Below, piece by piece: positions 61,289 through 64,000 of a DNA stretch of 64,000 nt. The DNA is from Zancudomyces culisetae HAW-14-8 (lineage: Eukaryota; Fungi; Kickxellomycota): assembly GCA_052426225.1 (NCBI GenBank), contig JBNJNM010000011.1, forward strand, positions 4,898,001 to 4,962,000, read 5' to 3'. The position numbers and the translations under genes are program-made. The stretch's first letter is position 1. Each line of letters begins with the position of its first letter. The notes beneath the pieces were generated by a model. The model was not told where the DNA came from. It searched no databases and saw only the letters and a program-made list of their open reading frames with translations.

Positions 61289-61840
61289 TTAATTTCCGTA
61301 TGGGTTGTTTGGTCTGTTGTTATAGGGGTTAGATCCTTGATCACCATGTTGTGGCTTGTCACTTGGGTATCCATAAGAACCTTGTGCTCCTCCCTCCGCT
61401 GGCATATTTGGTGGTCTTTGTGCAAGTTCATGCTGCATGCGATCCTCCTTTTTGCTATCATATACCTTCTTACCAATGTAAGCTGCACCTGCTGCTACAG
61501 CTGCTGTAAGAAAGACGTTGCTCTTGTCGAGCTTTTTCTTTGGCTGCTCACCTGGTGCCAGTGGTTTCGAGTAATCCTCTTTCATGAAGAAGCCACGCTC
61601 ACCTGCCTCGTCATCATCCTGGTTTTGTTGCTGGTTGTATCCTTGGTCATAACCTTGACCCTCTCCATAACTTTGGTTATATCCTTGATCATAACTCTGG
61701 CCCTCTCCATAACCTTGGTTTTGTCCATAGCCTTGGTTTTGCCCATAGCCTTGATTCTGTCCGTAGCCTTGGTTTGGTGCATAGCCCTGGCCTTCATCAT
61801 AGCCTTGGTTCTGTCCGTAGCCCTGGTTGTATCCGCTCAT
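61289..61840 (-). CDS. Hypothetical protein with N-terminal (GYGQNQ)-type hexapeptide repeats and a central amphipathic/hydrophobic helix
   Basis: 183-aa ATG-initiated ORF with 18-nt periodic repeats and a TATATAAAG about 75 nt upstream. It has a GERG motif followed by FLTAAVAAGAAYIGKK. Confidence 0.8.
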   Translation of the reverse strand: MSGYNQGYGQNQGYDEGQGYAPNQGYGQNQGYGQNQGYGQNQGYGEGQSYDQGYNQSYGEGQGYDQGYNQQQNQDDDEAGERGFFMKEDYSKPLAPGEQPKKKLDKSNVFLTAAVAAGAAYIGKKVYDSKKEDRMQHELAQRPPNMPAEGGAQGSYGYPSDKPQHGDQGSNPYNNRPNNPYGN

Positions 61841-64000
61841 TATTTCTTTCTGTCTTGTTTAGCTCTTCAAAAAAAAAACCCTGTGGAAACGTCAGTGGTA
61901 TAAACTACACTCTTTATATACGAAAATATGTGATATCTTTAAACAAAAGGCGAAAACTTCAAAACCTGATAGTTCAGCTTTTTATAAGTTCGAAAATGAA
62001 ACGCCGTGTTTTCGTTTTTCTTTTCCTTTTAGCTTTTTCTTTTCCATTTCTCTTTGTATTTCGCAGTGTTATCTCCTTTGTTGATGCTGTTGCATTTAAC
62101 TCAAATCGCAGTTTCGAGCAAGTCCAGTGCATTTCCTCCACTTGCTCTCACCTCTCCTGTTTATTCCGGATAGTAATTTACTTTTGCCCAATCTAGACAA
62201 AGAAAAAAAACGACAGATTTTTCATTGTGCCCTCTTTTGCCAGGTTTTTTCGGTCAATTCATCAATTTTTCAATACTGGAAACATGAGTACGTGCCAATT
62301 TATTAGCCTATCTCACTGTACCTTTGTTGATTCTCCTTGTTTTTTCCATCCAATACTGTGAATGCCTTTTTTGATAATTCCGCATCTATTCGTTCAAATT
62401 TGTAAAACTCACAAGTGCTACTCTAAATTTTTCATCATTTGCTAATTAATTTTACCACATAAACGATTACTCCTTATGTCCTGCTTTTTTTTCCCCAAGT
62501 TTCATGTTGAATTAAAATTCCACCAAATTAAAAAGTGTCCTCAAAGCCCCATGAACGTTTATCCTAATTTGCTTATTAATCGCCGCATTTTTTTCCCACT
62601 CTACGCATGCTTTGTTTGCTTGGTATTAGTATTTTTTTAGTAAAAGATAAATAATAGTAAATGGCATGTATTTCCCAACGAGAACACCAACAACGACTCA
62701 CGGCATAAAAGTTACAATAGGTGATAACGTGAGGAAAAAACGTGCAAACAATCTTTTCGAGTCTTCCCGCTTCCCTCTCTTTGTGTATTCAGCTCTGCGC
62801 TTATTCAAAAACCGAACAAAATTTCACAAAAGGGACAAAGACCAAACAGCAAGTGCAGCATGTGGTATAAAAAAGGGGTAGGTGATAGCACAGGCACAAA
62901 ACACCATCTCTCATCCTCTGTTTCTCGCCTTCCCCTCCCACCCCCAAAAAAAATATTGTTATGGAAAAAATTGAAGACTGAGATCGTTCAAATTGCTAAT
63001 TTTAGCACATTTTTTCAAACACAATGTTGTTTATCTTGGCATTACATATACCCTAAAATATAATACTAATGATTTTTTTTTCCAACGTAATCAATCGTTA
63101 TCGTGGCTGCATCAGGTTGGGTTTATGGTTTCAACCTGACATGCACATAGCATATCATCTTGAATAAATACATGGATATCAACTACACAACCCCTTTCTC
63201 TTGCGGGGCTATACCGTAAGGACAGACAATCAAAAATACTTTTTGCTTGAACCATAAGAACTAAAGCATTTTGAATACAAATGGGACATATGTTGTGAGT
63301 TCTTGAGCGATTTATGTGTTTATGAGCTAAAGAGAACATGCAGACATGGTTTGATGTTCCTTTTTTCCCTTTTTTTGTCACAAATGGAAATAGTCTTTGG
63401 AAGTTTTAGGTTTTCCAACACATTTGCTATATTCTCGTTATTTAGGAATTACAGTTAAAAGAAAAGATACTGAAGAACAGTAATTACGTTTATAATACCG
63501 CTCTATGGTAGGCTGGCCTATCAGATAAATATTGTAAGACGCATTTAAGTACTCTTATACAGTGTTTGTATTTGTTTTGGATAATGCACTTGTGCAGATA
63601 TGCATGTAAAGTAACATTTAACGTAATCTGTACCATTTTATGGAAATATTAAACTTAATATACAGCTTTGTTTCACACAACCAATTGTGGTATATAAGTA
63701 TATACGTAATTATGTACATGGTGTACAATATGATTCTTTACACGCACTGGTAATCTCGCTCTGTGAGTAGTTAATTTTAAGTTGCTCCATATATCCCTCT
63801 ATTTTTGGATAACACGACCCTGCTTTCATTTTATCTCTTGCCATATCTACACTCAATTTGCTTACGGAAAATATCGAAACGAATTCCGAGGATTACATGG
63901 GGGAGAAATAGGAATTTTACCAATACGCCCAAACTGGTAATCTAAAAAAAAATTTTTAATGGAACTAGCATCCAATGACGATTTGTAAATCTCTCATTCG

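Noticed and set aside
62200-64000. Short ORFs at the right end (e.g. 63112-63381) and left end (584-1095) of the window
   Set aside because: No recognisable motifs or coherent splice structure, so they are treated as intergenic.

Overview
Eukaryotic, AT-rich, intron-containing DNA from a fungus. Gene content, short GT-AG introns and the style of the retroelement debris suggest an early-diverging fungus, possibly Zoopagomycota/Kickxellomycotina such as an insect-gut Harpellales species; that placement is inference only. The window holds about 22 protein genes, mostly housekeeping: COX5, SmD2, NDUFS6, RPL23, two tandem acyl-CoA thioesterases, an FG nucleoporin, dephospho-CoA kinase, PSD1, NOT1, CHS7, ornithine decarboxylase, a PRELI/Ups protein, CDK8/SSN3, RRP17, RIP1, TFB3, EDC4-like, RVB2 and SmG. 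It also has a secreted His/Gly/Tyr-rich putative chitin-binding protein, a GYGQNQ-repeat prion-like protein, a spliced orphan gene and stacked 5'-truncated LINE remnants. The strongest hidden signals are: (1) a 52-codon AUG-less uORF ending EPPWKAFG* in the ODC leader, missed by the ORF track and matching the polyamine/eIF5A-responsive uCC architecture; (2) a covarying RNA structure inside the last codons of two divergent LINE ORF2 copies; (3) a purine-to-pyrimidine strand-composition switch inside the longest genes that reshapes protein composition; (4) two GC-AG introns in CHS7. Exon boundaries were read by eye, and no database search was run.
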